In this document: one piece after another, positions 1 to 12,583 of the stretch | How the letters are laid out: every line of letters starts with the position of its first letter | Numbering within the stretch: the stretch's first letter is position 1 | Source of the DNA: Amoebophrya sp. A120 | Lineage: Eukaryota; Protista; Dinoflagellata | Assembly (NCBI GenBank): GCA_905178155.1 | Contig: CAJINV010000004.1 | Location: forward strand, 6,302,828 to 6,366,827 | DNA: 64,000 bases | Reading direction: 5' to 3' | Program-made: the position numbers and the translations under genes | Notes under the pieces: generated by a model | What the model saw: only the letters and a program-made list of their open reading frames with translations | Database searches by the model: none | What the model was told of the DNA's origin: nothing

Positions 1-515
1 CCATCGACCCATCGCTACAGCGACGCCACTTGCGGCCCTGCCACTAAGACAGGACCCCCTGCTTGGCTTCTAGTTGGTTCTTGCGTGACAAGTAGCGCGC
101 TACTGTGGTATTAAGCCATCACTCGGCCCCGTATGTCGGGGCCAAGCAATACACGAATCAAAGTCTGCCGTATGCGAGCGACATTGATGGAGCCAGCGAT
201 GCGGGGCAGGCGGTCGGTATATCCAACCAAGCAACTGGCCCAACGCGGCCACTGCAAGTGGGCACACCGGACGCATACTGCCGGGGCGCCCGTGCAGGCG
301 CACGCGTGCGCGTGGGTGGCGTGGCCGGCGGGGCCGCACCAAGCGCGCCCGCCGAAGAGCTAGGCGGCCAATGTTCGCCCGCGTAGGGCCCCCGGGCAAA
401 CAACGCGGAGGGCCCTGGCGCGCGGCCGGGCCCAAAGCTGCGGCGCGCATGCGGGCCGGGGCCGGCCGCGCGAATACTTACTGAAAGCACTCCCCAGCTC
501 CGCGCGCCCCTAAAA

Positions 516-1873
516 TCAGGCGGAAAACGCCCGGGCGGTTTTCCTTTCTAATAGTTCTCTAATTTTTCCGGTTTTGAAAAAAAAAGGCCCACCCAGATTC
601 CCCATCGGCGGACCAGGCGAAGAACGTCAGTGGGAAGGAGAGCCCAGCGAGGCGCGGAGGCAATGTCGCGAAGAGGAGAAACCCAGACCATGCTAAAGAC
701 ATCCCCAAAGAGCAAAGCTGGCGGCCCACTAGACGATACGCCAAAACGCATCGGCACAACCCCGACCACCGAGAGGAAAAATGCCGCGGCTCGAATGACA
801 TTTCCGACGAGGAAATCGCCACGGCCTGACGAGATGGACTGCCCACAAGACCTTGCGCATCCAATCTCCGCTCTCCCCTCTGCAGTCGCCCTCTAATTTC
901 GCCCTCTAAAGTTGTCCTCTCATTTCCCTCTCTAAAGTCGGCCTCTAATTTTGCCCTCTAAAACGCGTCTCTAAAATGCGTCTCTAAAACGCGTCTCTAA
1001 AATGGCCTTCTAAAATCGGCCTCTAAAAGTGGTCTCTAAAAGTGGTCTCTAAAAACCACCTCTAAAACCCAACTCTAATTTTTTCCCGGATTCCTCTAAA
1101 ACGTCCTCTAATTTCCCGCCCGGAGGCGGAAAATACCGGACGTTGTCCCGCCTCTAAAAAATCTTCTAAAATCACCGGTAGCGCAAAATCCCGTAGGATT
1201 TGCGTGTTTTGTGATTTTAAAAGGTGCGGGTCCGGGACTTTAGAAGCCGAAAATGCCCGATTTTAGAAGCCGAAAACGGACAATGTTCGGATCTTCTAAA
1301 ATTGGGCTGGCCGAAATGTCCATACCAGAAGTGCGCGGCTTTGGACGGTCTTGGAAGATGATGTTCGAAATCCATGTCGAACATCATGTTCCGAGGGCGG
1401 GAGAACAACGTCTTCAACGCCAAGAGAAGCACAAGCCAAAACACCTGCGGAATGCGAAGTGGCAACGCACACAGATGCACGCCACTTCGCACGCAACACC
1501 AACACAAGCTGAAGTCCAGCCCTCGGGTCGGTGCGCCATACATCACCCAAATGACCACCGAGCAACCTCTTCCGGAAACTCCGAAGGGCCCGGAAAAATT
1601 GCGCGGCCCCCTTTACACCGGAAAACGGCCCAAATTTTTAAATTTTAAAACTTCGAAAGCGAGAGGGCATCGCGCCAATGGCCAACCTAACAAGCGGGAG
1701 GCCGAACAAAGGAAAGACACAGCCAAGGCGCGTGGCGGGGCGGGCAGGGTCTGGCTATTGCCCTCAGGCGGTTGCCGGCCGGGCCCGCCAAAACGGGCGC
1801 CCGGAATTTTTGAAATCCCGGAAATTTTAGCGGATTTTTAGCAGGGAAATCCGCCCGGGGTGTCTCCGCGTGA
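516..1873. mobile_element. 1,358-bp non-autonomous TIR DNA transposon, copy 1 (TCA...TGA ends, ~65-70-bp imperfect TIR, 6-bp TSD CTAAAA)
   Basis: Direct repeat of 45225-46582 (offset 44709; the ORF translations inside the two copies are identical). Left end TCAGGCGGAAAACGCCCGGGCGGTTTTCC aligns with the reverse complement of the right end, TCACGCGGAGACACCCCGGGCGGATTTCC. CTAAAA at 510-515 and 1874-1879. Confidence 0.9.
890..1084 (+). repeat. 13-bp-period array (15 units, core CTCTAA plus variable spacer) inside TIR element copy 1
   Basis: NCTCT/CTTCT cores start at 890, 903, 916, 929, 942, 955, 968, 981, 994, 1007, 1020, 1033, 1046, 1059 and 1072. Confidence 0.9.
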
Positions 1874-3649
1874 CTAAAAAAATCGCGCGCGGCCGGGAGC
1901 GGCGCCCCGGCCGCCCTTCCGCTCTGAGTTCGCAGGCCCCCGAGGGGGGGCGGGGCCGGCGACCGAGGCGACGGCCAAAGCCGTAAAACCGCGCAGGCAA
2001 ACCGGGACCCCACTGCCCGCTTCTCTTCTGAAGTTTGAACGTCCACCAGAAGACCACAGACCCGACAATATCAGCCCGCGCACTTGGTTCCCATTTTGCT
2101 CCGGGGAAGATGGACGGAGGCCACGCAAGCAGGCGCCGATAAAAAAAATCCTCGCGATCCCAGTTATTTTGCGCCAACTTCTCCAAAGAAATGCCGCGCT
2201 TAAAAAGCCGCGCGCCCGGCAACCAGGAACGGGCCCACCGGGCCCGGCATCATCGCCGCCGTTGCTCCCGCCGCTGCTGGACCTGCGGGGCGACCTCCGA
2301 GAACCTCGTGCCCCAGTATCCGGCCGGTGTGTCCCGGAAAAAGCGACTGCCAGTTGAGTGCGCCAATGGTGGGGCCCCGGATAGGCGGCAGGCGCGGCCA
2401 AATGTTTGCGATGACCGGGGTGGCCTCGTAGAGCGTGAACCCCATCACATGGGCCGAGCCCTGCCGGGGGATAGGCGGGTCGGCCGCGTTGCTGCGGCGG
2501 GGGGTTCCGTGATTTCCAAAAGCCGCGCAGCGTTCGCCCGCGCGGAACTGCAACGGCGCCCGTCATGCCGGACGTAATGCCGGAGGCAGCGGCGGCTGCG
2601 GTGACCGGCGCGGATTACGGCGGCCGCCGCGAGTTTGCGCACCCCGTCGCCCGACCACACTGATTTCCTGCGCCCCACGCCTGGGGGGGCGGGGCGGAAA
2701 AGCCGAGGCGCGACGCGCAGCGCCCGGCGCGCTTCACGCACGCACCCACCCACGGCCGGCCCCAGCGGCGAAAATAGGCCCCCGCGCTCCCCGTGTAGCT
2801 GAAGCACTCCCGACCGAGCACAACGCTGCGGCAGCCTCTAACCGCTTCCCGCGTGAGCACGTCGCGGGCCTGCGTAAGCGTTCCGAACCGGCTCCGGATC
2901 GTTAACTATCGGCCAGGCCATCCGAAAAGCACCACCACGGGCACACGCCGCGCGCTTCCCGCACAAGTTCCCCCATGCCTCTCCCTCCGCTCTCCAGCAG
3001 GAAGCCCGGGCGGCGCCAGGTTGAAAACTACAGGCGGAGGCAAGGGGCTGGCCCGCCCGGGTGCTTGGTGGATCCGCCCAAATACGGGCGGCTTTCCGCG
3101 CGCGCCATAGAGGGGCGCGGCCTAAAGGGCCCCCGCCTTTGGGTTCAGCGAGGCCCACACTGCTGAGCCTGTGAATGTAGACAGTCGGGGCACAAGCTCC
3201 CATCAATCCCTGGACTTCATACGAAAACGAGAAGCATTGGGAAACTGAACACAATATACCTCACAGCCGAACACTGTTGTCTGGTTTCGGCCACCGAGGC
3301 CCTAGCGCTAAATTCTCTTTTTCATTATTCCAAACTCGGCTGCAACCACGCCGCGTGTTTTTTATTTTCCACAGAGATATGGTCTTCTTTAGACGTACTA
3401 TCATGTCGAATCTACTTTGAGATTTTTCGTGATGGATTCAACTCCAGGCCTCTTTCTACTCTACTCATTTTGGTGAGCTTCCACCAAGTGGCACTCCAGA
3501 AAGTAGTCAACAACCGGCAACATCCCAAGAAACAAATCTGCGTTGTTTGCCACATCACTGGTACTACGTGGTTGTGCAGTAAAAAAATTGTCGCTCGGTC
3601 GTCTTCGCTGTTAGGTGCTCTTCATTTGTTTTGTATTTAATTCGTTTTG

Positions 3650-6600
3650 CTACTTCCAGAAATCGTACCGCTTGATAGCAACCTCCTCATCGTCCGCATC
3701 ACCTTCCTTCGCACAGATAACCACCTCGGCCTCGTGCTCCAACGCGTTGGGTTCGTTTTGCTTCGGCTGCCACCGGCTCCGCACGAAGCCCAGCAGAAAG
3801 TTCGGTCGCACCGCCTCGCGCAAGTACAGGGCTGCCGGCTTTGGGGAATTCTGGAAGACCAGGTCCAGGACGAAGTTCACTGTGTTCTCAAACCGGTTAC
3901 ACAGGAACACCGCGTCGTTTGGGTCTAGTTTATTGATTTCTGTATCCAGAAAAACCCTTCGCTTCCTTTGATCTTCATCGTCGGCTACAATTTCTTCATC
4001 CTCATCGTCGGGGACGAGATGTTCTTCTGCATTCTGCTCCAGTGCGTCGACGTCCTCTTGCGACTTCCCATTTTTAGAATAGACGTTGCTCTGCTGCTGT
4101 CCTCCCTCACTCCCAGTTTGGCTAACCTCTTCTTCCTCGTTCTCCTCCTCGCTATTCATGGCGGCCCGCTGCCGCTGAATCTGCCGCTCCACTTTCTGGT
4201 GCAGCGGCGCCAGACTGGATTTCAACTTTTTCTGGTAAATGTTCCCAAACAGGCTTGGATTGGCGTCCCCGAGCACGGCCTGTGAGAAGAAAGATATTGA
4301 AGAGAGGATGAGTTACATGTAGGGTTATCTACGTCTAGCGCGAACGAAAAAAGAGCACCAATAAATTTTATTGTTCCCGTCCACACCAACATCGTGCGAG
4401 CTGCATAGATAAGTCAATGTCTTCATTCGATAAATTTACAACATCTTCACCGACACAAAGCACCTTCATTTTTAAAAAACTGATCTTATTCAAAATACCG
4501 GCGCAAGCTGCGGGTTTTGTTTCAAAAAACGAAACATCTCCTGTTCCAAAGCCCGTTTTTCTGCTAAAAAGCGCGGCTTATTTTTCTGCCCGTCGTCCTG
4601 AAGAACATCGTCGTTTACGTCAGCCTCGATCGACTCAGCCTCGTCCTTTTCCGCCTCGTGCAAGGCAAGCCAAGCCCCCATAGCATTCACCGATACGAAC
4701 GAGGTTGTTAGATGGGAAGGTGACTCGGCTGCGATGTCATTTGCTGCGGCTCCGTGTTGTAGGTAGTGAAAAGGTCTAGTATTTTCATCATCTCCGTGTA
4801 GAGGTTGTAATTCAGTTGTTCTGTAGTTATCCAACAAACCATGGTCCATGACGCAAGGAGCCCCCGCAGCCGTGACCAGGTCGTGCGATAACTTGTAGCT
4901 CTTGCTTCCGTCCGCGAAGCGCACCGAGACCCAGCCGTTCCGATGCAGCTGAAAGTGGCAGCCCCGGGCCCCGCCGTGCACCGTCACGCTGGCCACGATC
5001 GACGGCGCAAAGTACAGATCAAATTCCTCGTCTCGCGTCGCCGTGTGGAGGAACGGTTGTCGTTGTGGTCCTTGCAGCTGCTCTTCCTCCTCGACAAGCA
5101 TGACCGGCTCGAAATTACGATTTGGATTTTGTTCCGCATCCGATTTAATATCTTCGTTCACATCTTCTGGTTGTAGTTCGAAATTTCCTGCGCCTCTTTC
5201 CAGATTCAGTTGGTTCCCTCGCGCGCGGGTAGAAGTAGCACCACTCATGTCCAGCTGCGCTAGAGCTTCCTGTACCGCCTGCGTTCGGCGCTCCGGAGGA
5301 GGTCCTCCGGAATTCATTTTCGGGTGGATCTGCTCCCTTGCCTTGGCAAAAATGTGCGCTTTCTGATTCAACAAATACTCCGCGTCTACTTCAACAACCG
5401 GTCCATCTTCGAGGTGCGGCGCGTCTCGCTTTCGTTCCCGAATCAGTTCCAATCCCTCTTCGTCAACCAGCAGTGCCGGATCGCTGTGGTGCACCAGCAC
5501 GCGCAGATTCTGGTCGAAGGTGCTGTCGCCTTCGTCGTGCTCTTGGATCGTGCAGTGTCGGTGTCGGTACGCGCACAAATTGGCCACTTTGTAGAGGAAC
5601 TGCACGCCAAGCACGTACTGGGCCAGCAAGTCGTAATTCCCCACGACCAAGTCCTTGGTAATTTTCTCGTGGGGGAAAGTGTGCGACAGGAGACCGGGCA
5701 TGGACAAAATGTTCACGGCTTGTTCTACTACTTCATCCCTCTTGTTGTGCGACACTGGATTTAGTGTTTTCGGGGCAGCTGACGAGGGAACCAGATCTTG
5801 ACGACGTAGATCCGGTGCATGATCTTCGACCTCCCTCGGCTCCTCGGCCGACGGCGGAGGTACTGCCAGAAACCGGGGATTGACATCGTAGCGACCAGCG
5901 AGGGTTCGCTCGATCTGCATCGGGTAGCCGTGCTGGTCCGTCGTGGTAATTTGCTGCGCATCACTGCTCTTGAACGCCACCGCCAGATTGCCGGTTTTTT
6001 TTCCACGCTGCGTCATCGCCTTGCTCAACGGCGTCTTGATCGGTAAAATCTGCCGTTTGTATAGTGCTCCTCGCTGTGGCGGACCAGCAGATGAAGCAGC
6101 GTCTGGCTGCGGTCCTGACACAGCACCTGCTGTTGTACTACTTCGCATAGACGCAGAAGTAGAGGAGAAGTTATTTTTCCAAAAATCCGGCCGATAATCA
6201 TACGTGCCCACGAATAAAGACGAGCTCATCTTTTCCTGTTCGGTCGTCCCAGAAGGAGGAGCCGCGTCCTGGTTACTGCGCCGAACAACTAAACTATCCG
6301 CCACCGCGGTGTCTAAGTTGTTCCCTCGCATCTCTTCAAATTTGGTTTGCCTCGCCACGTGTTTTTTCACGGGCGTCAAATTTTCCTCCAGAAACGAGGC
6401 CAAATCCTTCCAGACCAAATCTCGCGGGAAGAATTTCTTGTCCGGCCAGGCTGTTGTTGACGCTCCTCCAACCCGAGGCGATTGATGTTCCTCCGCCGGT
6501 AACGGTAGAAGTTGCTGCTCTTGCACTGTCGTTCCAGCACTATGCGCAGCTGCCACGCAGACGGCGAAACCGACGTGCACCCCGGGGCAGGCGCCCGGCA

Positions 6601-9600
6601 ATCGGGTGTGCAAGATCAAATGGATCTGCTGGTCGGAAATCGTTCCCCGACTGGACAAAAAGCTGTCCACTTTCCAATCCGTCATCACCTTGTGCTTTTT
6701 GCTTTGCGTATTGCACCACTCTCGCAGCCAGGTTTCCACGATCCAGAGCAAGTCCGCCTGTTCGTACACCGACCGCAGCGCCGCGGCGGGGTTTTGCCAC
6801 CCCGAGTTCAGCAGGTAGGTAAGGCACGGAGTCAAGACGCTGCCGGGCAGCTGCTCGGAATTTATTTTTCTCTTCAAATTATTCTTGTTATGCCGGAGTC
6901 GGGGCAACGACGGAGGATGTTTGTCCGCTTCTCCAACCGCGCTGGCGTCACAACACCTCTGCGTAATGCCCGCGCGCAGCCGGCCGCTGGGACCCGGGAG
7001 CACGCTCGCCGTCATACGCACGTTATTTTGATGCGTTCTTTCCGGAGGTGCCGCTTTCGGATTGTCTAGTTGCACCCGTTCTTCTTGCACCTCGGTTGGA
7101 ACGACCGGCAATGGTACCCTGGCGGAGGCGACGCCGGGTTTCCCCACTAGATGGTGGGGCGCGTCCGCTTCAGCGAAACTGATCGTCAACGCAATTTCTC
7201 GTGTGGGGTAGCTGAATAACGGCATGCTCAATCTCGAGACGATTTCCCGATCCACACTACTCAAATACTTGGACGTCAACACGCATGCCCACTCGTAGGG
7301 GGTGCGCCCGCCGTAGAAGGAAAGCAGTCTGCTGTAGTTGTTGTACTTTATTTCAGCATAATTTTTATCGTTTGTCGTGGTCGCCGGGAATAAAGAAGAA
7401 CCTCCTCCGAGAACTATTTCTTTCGGACCCGCGTTCACAGACCGCGTCTCTGGCAATCGGAAGCGCTCCACTTCCTCTACCGCTTTGCGTAGCAATTGCA
7501 GTCGGTGAGTGGCCTCGAGAAAGCCCCAAAAGTACTTGAAGCCGTTCGAGGATTCGTACCAGGCGGTGACTTTGTCAAAGGAAGCGCAGTCATTGTCCTG
7601 CTCGTAGCGGAGCTGCTGCTTCTGCTCCTCGTTCAAGAGAGCTGGCGGCTTTTCACTCGGTTGTTCAAAATAAGTGGCGGAAAATTTTCCCACCACGGCC
7701 GGTGAGTTGCCGTCGTTCTCGTTGTTTATGTGGAGGTGGTCATGAACCGCATTGAAACACGTCAGGGTGAACGACCGGCGTTCAGGCGAAGAATGAACTA
7801 CGTCTTTGTTCATTTTTGACAAAACAAAAGACAAGTCCTTTGTCGCGCGATCCAGCGGTTCGAACGTATCAATAAAGTCGGGGAATTGTTCTTTTCGCGG
7901 GTAGTTTTTGTTTTTGTTGTTTTCTGGATTTTCATTATCATCTCTGGGGAACAAATCAATCCGGCCCGTTTTTTTCCCTCGCCGATCGTCAAACAGGCTT
8001 GGCCGGACGCACAGTCGAAGAAAGTTCCCGCGAATCATAGTGTCTAATACTTCTGTACGTGTACCAGCAGAGGCTGAGACTACGTCGCTCGGGATTTTTT
8101 CCAGGACTAAACTCACGCTGTGAGTGGTCCTACTCCTGGGAGAGTGTTCTTGATCTTCGCCATGTAGCAGCATTGTCGCCGATCCTTGTGCTGCACTTCC
8201 CTTCTCATGATTTATTTCCGAAAAATTCTCCTCGAGTTCTTCTTCTGCACCTCCAACTGCCATTAACTCCGGGAACATTTTTTCCATCGAGGGGATGGTC
8301 CAGTTGTACTTCTCGTCGCCGTTGGGTTCTTGAATTTCCCGAGTCATCTTCACGTCCTTCACACTGCTCAGACGCGCGGTGAAAGCCTCGAGGTCTTCCA
8401 GCGACGTGTTGGTGACCTTATTTACCTTTTGGAAGTGGTTTTCCACAAAAGCCCAGAACGCCATCGGCTCGCGGGTCTGCCGCAGGGGCCAGGACTCCGA
8501 GCCGTCGAAGCAGGGTCCGAACTCGCTGGGCACGCTCGCGATCCCGGGACCCGCGGGCCAAACGAGTTCCACGTGCGTGACCTCCTCGCGGTTCAGTCGG
8601 ATCCGCAGGTCCACAGTCTTCAGAGTCCGGTGCCCCAGCACAAGCAACACTTCCTCGTGCCGCAATGACTTTCGCTTGCTGACAGAAGTTGTGCCAGCAA
8701 TCGAGGACCCACCAGTTGTACCAAGTCCCACGCGGCCCCTCGGCGTCATCTTCCCACTCGCTTTTGAAGATGTAGTTCCACCCGCAGATGAAAGGGCCTG
8801 ATTCACAAAAATTTTCCGCTTCCCCTTCATCCCAGAAGGTTCTTGCACGTCGTCGAGAAATGCCTTCACATCCCGCTCCTCACTCGAAAGGCCGTTCACC
8901 GGCCCCAGCGTGCGAATGCTTTCGCGCAAAAACCAGGATTTCGTGAAGGGCGACGAATCGAGATTCTTATTTTTACCGTCAATTATTTTTCCGTTGGTCC
9001 TCTCGCCAGGGCTCTCGTTGTTCCTGGTGTTGCTCTTGGTGTAGCGAGGCAGTTGCCCCGGATTATTCTGATACACCCCGAACGGCAGCCACCCTCGCTT
9101 AGTGTCTCTGTTGGTTTGCCACCACTCCCGCCCCAGCCGCTCAAGCTCCTCGTCGTAGAGCTGGGCCAACAAAACATGCAGTCGGGCGAGAAATCCAAGA
9201 TTACCAAACACAATAGCCAGGTCCTGTATGTCGGGCGGAGAAGTGCTGTGTTTCCCGTTTATTTTCATCTCGTGCAAATCCCCCCACCGCTGCAGTGCCC
9301 CGCAGGACTCAAATTGCAGCGAAGAGGCGAAGTTGCGCTTCTTCTGCTTCACAATTGCCCCCGTTTTTCGGTCCCGGTACTTCATGACCACAAAATCCTC
9401 CGCGGGGGGTTCGAGCCAATGCTTTTGTTTCAGCGATACCGCGACAGAAAGCAAGTTTTCTTCCAGTCTGGTGTTCCTCTCGGCTATTTTTACACCAGCA
9501 TCTCCGTCATCGTCGTCGTTCTCCACACCTTTACCTTCATCTCTGCTCACATCCGATAACTCAACATCTTCTAAATTGCACACGATGTACTGCACTGGGG

Positions 9601-12583
9601 GGCCCGTCGGGTAGTTGTCAAGAGGTTCACTACTACTACTTCTTCGCATTTTATTCTTTTTCCGCTTGTTTTTGTTTCCTGTCGCGTTTTTTTTCCCTAT
9701 TTGTCGTCGTCCTGGTGAAGATGTGAAGACCCCGTCATAATTCATCGCAGCGTAAAAAAGCCGATTCTCCTCCTCCGCCAGGTAGGTCAAGTCCGGAAAC
9801 TTCGATACGAGCTGCTTCAGTCCGCAGACCGCAACCGCCTGGTCAAGTGCGATTCGCTCGAGTTTGTACAACAGCGTCTGCAACGTGTCCTTTCCCAGCA
9901 TCATGTCGTGCGAAACCTCGACTTTTTTCTCCACTTCTGCGACGTCGTCCGCGACCCAGCAGCACTTCAAGGCCCCTCCCGGGGCAGGCCACACTTCGGC
10001 CACGGAACCGATGGCCAAATGAAAAGATGGGTTCTCCTGCAGTTGCACGTGCTCTGTGGGACCGCTTCTCATCTCGTCGTGGCGCGCTGCGTCGGTTTTG
10101 TAGTTGTGGACTAGCTCTTTTAATCTCGCTTCCGCCACCAGCTGTAGCACATCTCTCATCGCTTCCGTTAGACTTTCCCAGGTTCTTGGCCGAGGACCAA
10201 CTACTCCGGAAGGAAGGTCGGCAGGAGGACCTCGTCCGGGATCACCATCACCACCAGCGCCGGATGTAGTTGGTTCTGGCGAGGACACGACCCCTAGCCG
10301 CCTTTTCAAATACGCGGTCGATTCTTTTAGCGTCATGTACGGGTCGGCGGTCAACATCTCGTGGCTCGTATCTTCGTTCCTGTCGTAGCTTGCAACATCA
10401 TTCTTCTCACCAACACCACGACCACCCATTGTACTAGCTGCACCAGCAGGTACAACCTCGTCTACTGCTTCCCCCTGGTCGGCGTCCCACCAGGCAGTAG
10501 TTGCACCCCACGCACTGTCGTCCTGCGCCATAATTTCCGCAAAGGTCATTTCCGAGTATATGGCAGGTTGATCATTCAACACCCCTTCTCCTGTGTGCAA
10601 CGTCTTGCTTGCTTCTTCGGTGCTTTTCTTATCCTTCTTCTGCTTCGGCGGTTTTGGCGCCTGCTGTTGTTTCCCTACCAAGTACGCAATGTCAGACACC
10701 GAGTACGACAAGGGCGATCTTGTTCCCGAAGATGAACTATCCGGCGTCCCGGACACAAAAACTTCAAAGTGCACCTTCACCAGGTTCCCCACCTCGATCG
10801 GGCCGACCTTGTACACCCGGATGTACGGCCAGGGTTTATTATGTGTGGAGGATGTTGTTGATGTCGATGATGTGTTCTTCCCCTCAACATCGTCCGATTC
10901 ACGCTTCACGAGCTTTTCAAACGCAAGTTCCCGAGCGGTTGGAATCAAGTAGGGGTTTTCGTTTTTCGGCCCCTCCTGGTCGTTGAAAATAATATCATCC
11001 GGGTGTGGAACGTGAATTTCGCCCTGCTTTATCTGGGCGCCCGACAGATGATCATCATCCATCGGTTGAATTTGTGGCGTGAGAGGAGCGGTGGCCGGGG
11101 TAGAGGATGCCGTGGTTCTTTCACCCCCGCGTCCCGTGGGAGATGTCGTTTCATCTGCTGGACGTAATGAATTCTTATTCATGTTCATCTTCTGCAGCAT
11201 CTTCCTCTGCTTCTTTTTCATTTTGATGCGCTCGTATTTCTCATCGTTCTTCGACTTCGCTTTTATCTTCGCGAAATTTGCGTTATAGAAGTTGGACGAA
11301 GCTTTAGTACTCCGGCCCTGTAGTTTATCGAGTGCAAGGTCCGGGTCCATCGAGGAGGGGGCGCTCGAGGAGGTTCCAACCAGTACACCATTAACAACAC
11401 GCTGATGTTGTTGCTCATCTTGTTGACCAGCACGATCCGCTGATGTAGTAGTTGTGTTGTTTTTCGAATCATCTCCGAAAGGACGAACCCCCGCATGACC
11501 TTCCGACAAGACTTCCCACTCTGCGTCGTCGTCTTCGACATCCATTCCGTCTGATCCATCATCCTCGTCCTGCTGGCCTACTCTATCTAGTACTTCCAGC
11601 ACCTCGTCGTTTTCATAGGATTGACGTTCCTTTTCTCGCTGATCTTGAAACACACGACTAGCAATCCCCCTGCTTTTCCGATTGGAGATTTTTTCCTCTA
11701 CTTCTTCCATTCCGTACTGAGAAGTTGTTGAAACGATCCATTTCGTGATGTCGATCTGAATCAGCGCCATTTCCTTTTTCAACATTCTCCTCCGCACCTC
11801 CTCCGTCGTATCACTGGGGTCGTATTTAGCGGTGAAGGCCGCGGCGCGCTCGACCGCGTAGTCACTGGGCTCCCCGAACAGGTTGTGCAGCAGGGGGGCG
11901 AAGCAGTTGGGCTCTTTGAGTAAACAGGGCAAAACCTCCTGCTCCTCGGGAGATTTTAATACTTCTGCGCGGGTTCTCACGTCCCTCGCGGCCGCGGTGG
12001 AAGAAAGCGAAAAGAACCGGTCCGCGAGCAACGTTGCGGCCTGCGGGGTGGTGGTGTTCACGCTGTTGGGTTTCGACAATTGCCGCATCTTCTCCGCGGT
12101 GTTGGTCAAAATTGATTCTCCGCTCCGGTTCGCGAAGATGCTTTGCGAAAGCAGGTTGTAATTTTTCGTGTCCAGCCGCAGGTTTTTCAGCATGTCCGGC
12201 CGCAAGGAGCAGTCCACTACGTGGGTCAGTTGCAGGACAATCTCCCGCATCTTCCGTGCGGTCAAAAGCTTGTCGTACGTCCGCTGCTTCGTCAGACTGA
12301 TGGAGGACTTCGCGTTGGAAGCCGCACCAGCGGTGGTGTCCCTATCACCGCCCGAGATGATGGAGGAATTCTGTTTCTTCAGCTTCTTGTCCTTCTTCTT
12401 CGTGGCGGTCACGATGCTCGAGGACCCTTTTTTGCTTTTATTGTCCCCAACATCTTCTTTGTCGTCCTCTATTTGTTCCAGCTCCCCCTTGCTGACGCGA
12501 GTGATTTCCTTTTTCAAGTGCCCCACGCACTCGCGCACCAATTGGTCCACGGGGACGTGGGAATTCAGCTGGGCGTGCGCCAT
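3650..12583 (-). CDS. Very large protein (~2,904 aa; exons 12583-4499 and 4279-3650); N-terminus weakly reminiscent of Mediator subunit MED14
   Basis: The 2704-aa ORF joins the 208-aa ORF through GT-AG intron 4280-4498 (CCG|GTATTT...CACAG|GCC), with the frame preserved. First ATG at 12583. The MED14 resemblance (VPVDQLVRECV...KLLTARKMREIVLQLTHVV) is by eye only. Confidence 0.75.

Noticed and set aside
125-143. Hairpin GGCCCCG-TATGT-CGGGGCC next to a PBS-like TGGTATTAAGCC
   Set aside because: A 7-bp stem is expected by chance in GC-rich DNA, the PBS match is imperfect and no LTR is visible.
890-1084. CRISPR array or telomere
   Set aside because: The unit is only 13 bp with spacers of a few bases and there are no cas genes. 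It is not a contiguous CCCTAAA tract, and it lies inside a dispersed element.
548-1841. ORFs inside the 1,358-bp element as a transposase
   Set aside because: They are short, overlap on both strands and show no DDE or other catalytic motif.
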